DNA from: Deltaproteobacteria bacterium TL4
GTDB lineage: Bacteria > SAR324 > NAC60-12
DNA: 38,729 bases
Reading direction: 5' to 3'
NCBI GenBank assembly: GCA_051382335.1
Contig: JBBCAX010000001.1
Location: 1 to 38,729 of the forward strand
Part shown: piece by piece, positions 37,233 through 38,729 of the stretch
How positions within the stretch are numbered: position 1 is the stretch's first letter
Layout of the letters: each line of letters starts with the position of its first letter
Notes under the pieces: generated by a model
Seen by the model: only the letters and a program-made list of their open reading frames with translations
Databases searched by the model: none
What the model was told of the DNA's origin: nothing
Made by a program: the position numbers and the translations under genes

Positions 37233-37275
37233 TTGCACATCCTTCAAAGATTCAATATACTTGTACAATATTAAT
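37233..37275 (+). promoter_or_regulatory. yefM-yoeB promoter/operator
   Basis: TTGCAC-17 bp-TATACT followed by palindrome TTGTACAA (TGTACA is the established YefM operator core). Confidence 0.75.
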
Positions 37276-37296
37276 GACAACCAATAGGAGGATGAT

Positions 37297-37551
37297 ATGA
37301 GAGTAGTTAATTTTAGTGAAGCACGAAACAATTTAAAATCGGTTTTGGATCAAGTTTCAGATGATGCTGATTATACAGTCATCACTCGTAGAGACTCACA
37401 AGACGCTGTTGTCATGTCTTTAGAGACATTTAATAGCTATATGGAAACGTTTCATCTTCTTCGTTCTCCCGCAAATGCATCTCATTTAGCAAAATCCATT
37501 GAACAGTACAAAAATGGAAAAATTCATGAAAGAGAGTTAGTGAATGAGTAG
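37297..37551 (+). CDS. yefM: YefM/Phd family antitoxin
   Basis: NFSEARNNLK.VLD.V..D, VITRR...AVVMSL, MET.HLLRSPANA.HL; SD AGGAGG. Confidence 0.95.
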   Translation: MRVVNFSEARNNLKSVLDQVSDDADYTVITRRDSQDAVVMSLETFNSYMETFHLLRSPANASHLAKSIEQYKNGKIHERELVNE

Positions 37552-37804
37552 AAAACTAGCATGGACAGATGAAGGATGGGATGGATATATTTACTGGCAA
37601 TCTCAAGATAGAAAAACATTGAAAAGAATTAATAAGCTGATTGAGGATTCCAAACGACAACCTTTTGAAGGTATAGGAAAACCCGAACCATTAAGAGAAA
37701 ATCTATCAGGCTTTTGGTCAAGAAGAATTGATGACACAAATCGTTTGGTTTATGCGGTTGATGATGAATTTATTACAATTATTTCATGTAGGTACCATTA
37801 CTAA
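37544..37804 (+). CDS. yoeB: YoeB/Txe family mRNase toxin
   Basis: Y.YWQ.QDRKTLKRINKLI, PFEGIGKPEPL, WSRRIDD.NRLVY, C-terminal CRYHY. Confidence 0.95.
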   Translation: MSRKLAWTDEGWDGYIYWQSQDRKTLKRINKLIEDSKRQPFEGIGKPEPLRENLSGFWSRRIDDTNRLVYAVDDEFITIISCRYHY

Positions 37805-38052
37805 AACTTTTAAAAGAGGTTATCAAAGATTTCAATGAAAAGATTACGGAACAGTTCGGCGATAACTTTAAACAATTGAATCAAGCAGTGGGAGCTTTGC
37901 TATAGTTTTTCATGTAGTTAATGGCATTTCTGCCTGTTTCTTATTTTTAATAAACTCAATAATATCAGTTACTTAAAAAATAGACAGTGCGGATTCCTCC
38001 TTAGTTGGTCAGTTTGTCCTTTTTAGAGAGCAAAATGAATTGCCTAGAAATT

Positions 38053-38729
38053 CTAAACAAGACCTGCTTGAATTCTTAGCTTTTTCATTACAGTCAGCAC
38101 TTTACTCGCCTCATTCATATAGCCTTCAAAGGTCTGGATCACTGCTGTTCTTAAGTCCTCAAAAGATTGAAAATATTTGAGATGAGTGGCATCTCTTTTA
38201 GTGTTTTTCCAGAGTTTTTCAATAGGATTAAGCTCTGGAGAAAATGTGGGGAATCGAACGATGGTTAAGCGATTCTTGTTTTTCTCTTTAAAGTCATTTA
38301 CTGAGCTTTCACGATGATAGGAGGCTCCATCTTCAATGAGAATGATCTTGGAATTAAATTTTTGCAATAATTGTTGAAGAAACTGAATATATGAATTCCC
38401 GTTAAATCGACCGGAGGTTTCCGTCGCTTTAAGAATTTGCGTTTCGTATTTTTGGGTATTTTCAGGGCCAAGAGTTTTATTTAAATCCTCTAAGAAACTT
38501 TTCAACGTTTGATATTCCAGATTTTTCAAGGGTTTGAGTTTTTTGAGAAGTTCAATCTCCATTTTTTCTTCTTTGAGAAGTTTAAGCGATTTGGGTCGGA
38601 TACTGTAAATCAAAGACTCACGATATTCAAATTTCCCTCCAAAAAACTCGATGGCCCCAAACATTTTAGCGCCTTTACGAATTCCTTTGGTTTTCACTAC
38701 CGGTTGTTCTCCAGTTCTGGACCAGGTTC
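38053..38729 (-). mobile_element. IS630-family transposase, 3' part (5' end beyond the window)
   Basis: Frame stays open to the window edge (TWSRTGEQPVV); GAI, FN...Y..FL, EDGASYH, P..SPELNPIE.LW...KR DDE_3 motifs. Confidence 0.85.

Noticed and set aside
37115..37300. 61-aa ORF before yefM
   Set aside because: Spans the yefM promoter/operator; no SD or motif
37895..38055. Right terminal inverted repeat of the IS630 element
   Set aside because: Several TA dinucleotides are candidates, but the left end lies outside the window so the boundary cannot be assigned, nor matched to MITE A ends

Overview
Bacterial chromosomal window, probably from a signalling-rich deltaproteobacterial/SAR324-like genome (inference only). 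The left half is on the minus strand: an ankyrin lipoprotein; a heme-c (DUF3365-like) sensor kinase / REC-PP2C / LegB-like dehydratase run; a stand-alone rpsD; a tightly coupled patatin lipase - ICMT-like membrane protein - cNMP/PAS hybrid kinase - ABC1 kinase operon; and an AT-rich RHH-PIN toxin-antitoxin cassette between 21-bp direct repeats. The right half is a 22-kb plus-strand block. It holds two tandem paralogous giant diguanylate cyclases, each with a three-fold repeated multi-TM sensor module; a 2,000-aa Ser/Thr-kinase-AAA-GAF-PAS-HK-REC protein with several degenerate catalytic motifs; and a lone NRPS (C-[A remnant]-FkbH-T-C-A(Asp code)-T-TE) predicted to make an acyl/peptidyl-glyceryl-aspartate. 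The window ends with abutting MITEs, yefM-yoeB and a partial IS630 transposase carrying an inserted helical domain. Intergenic DNA contains several miniature elements in which REP-like inverted doublets are nested inside MITE-type terminal inverted repeats. All calls come from motif recognition by eye; no searches were run.
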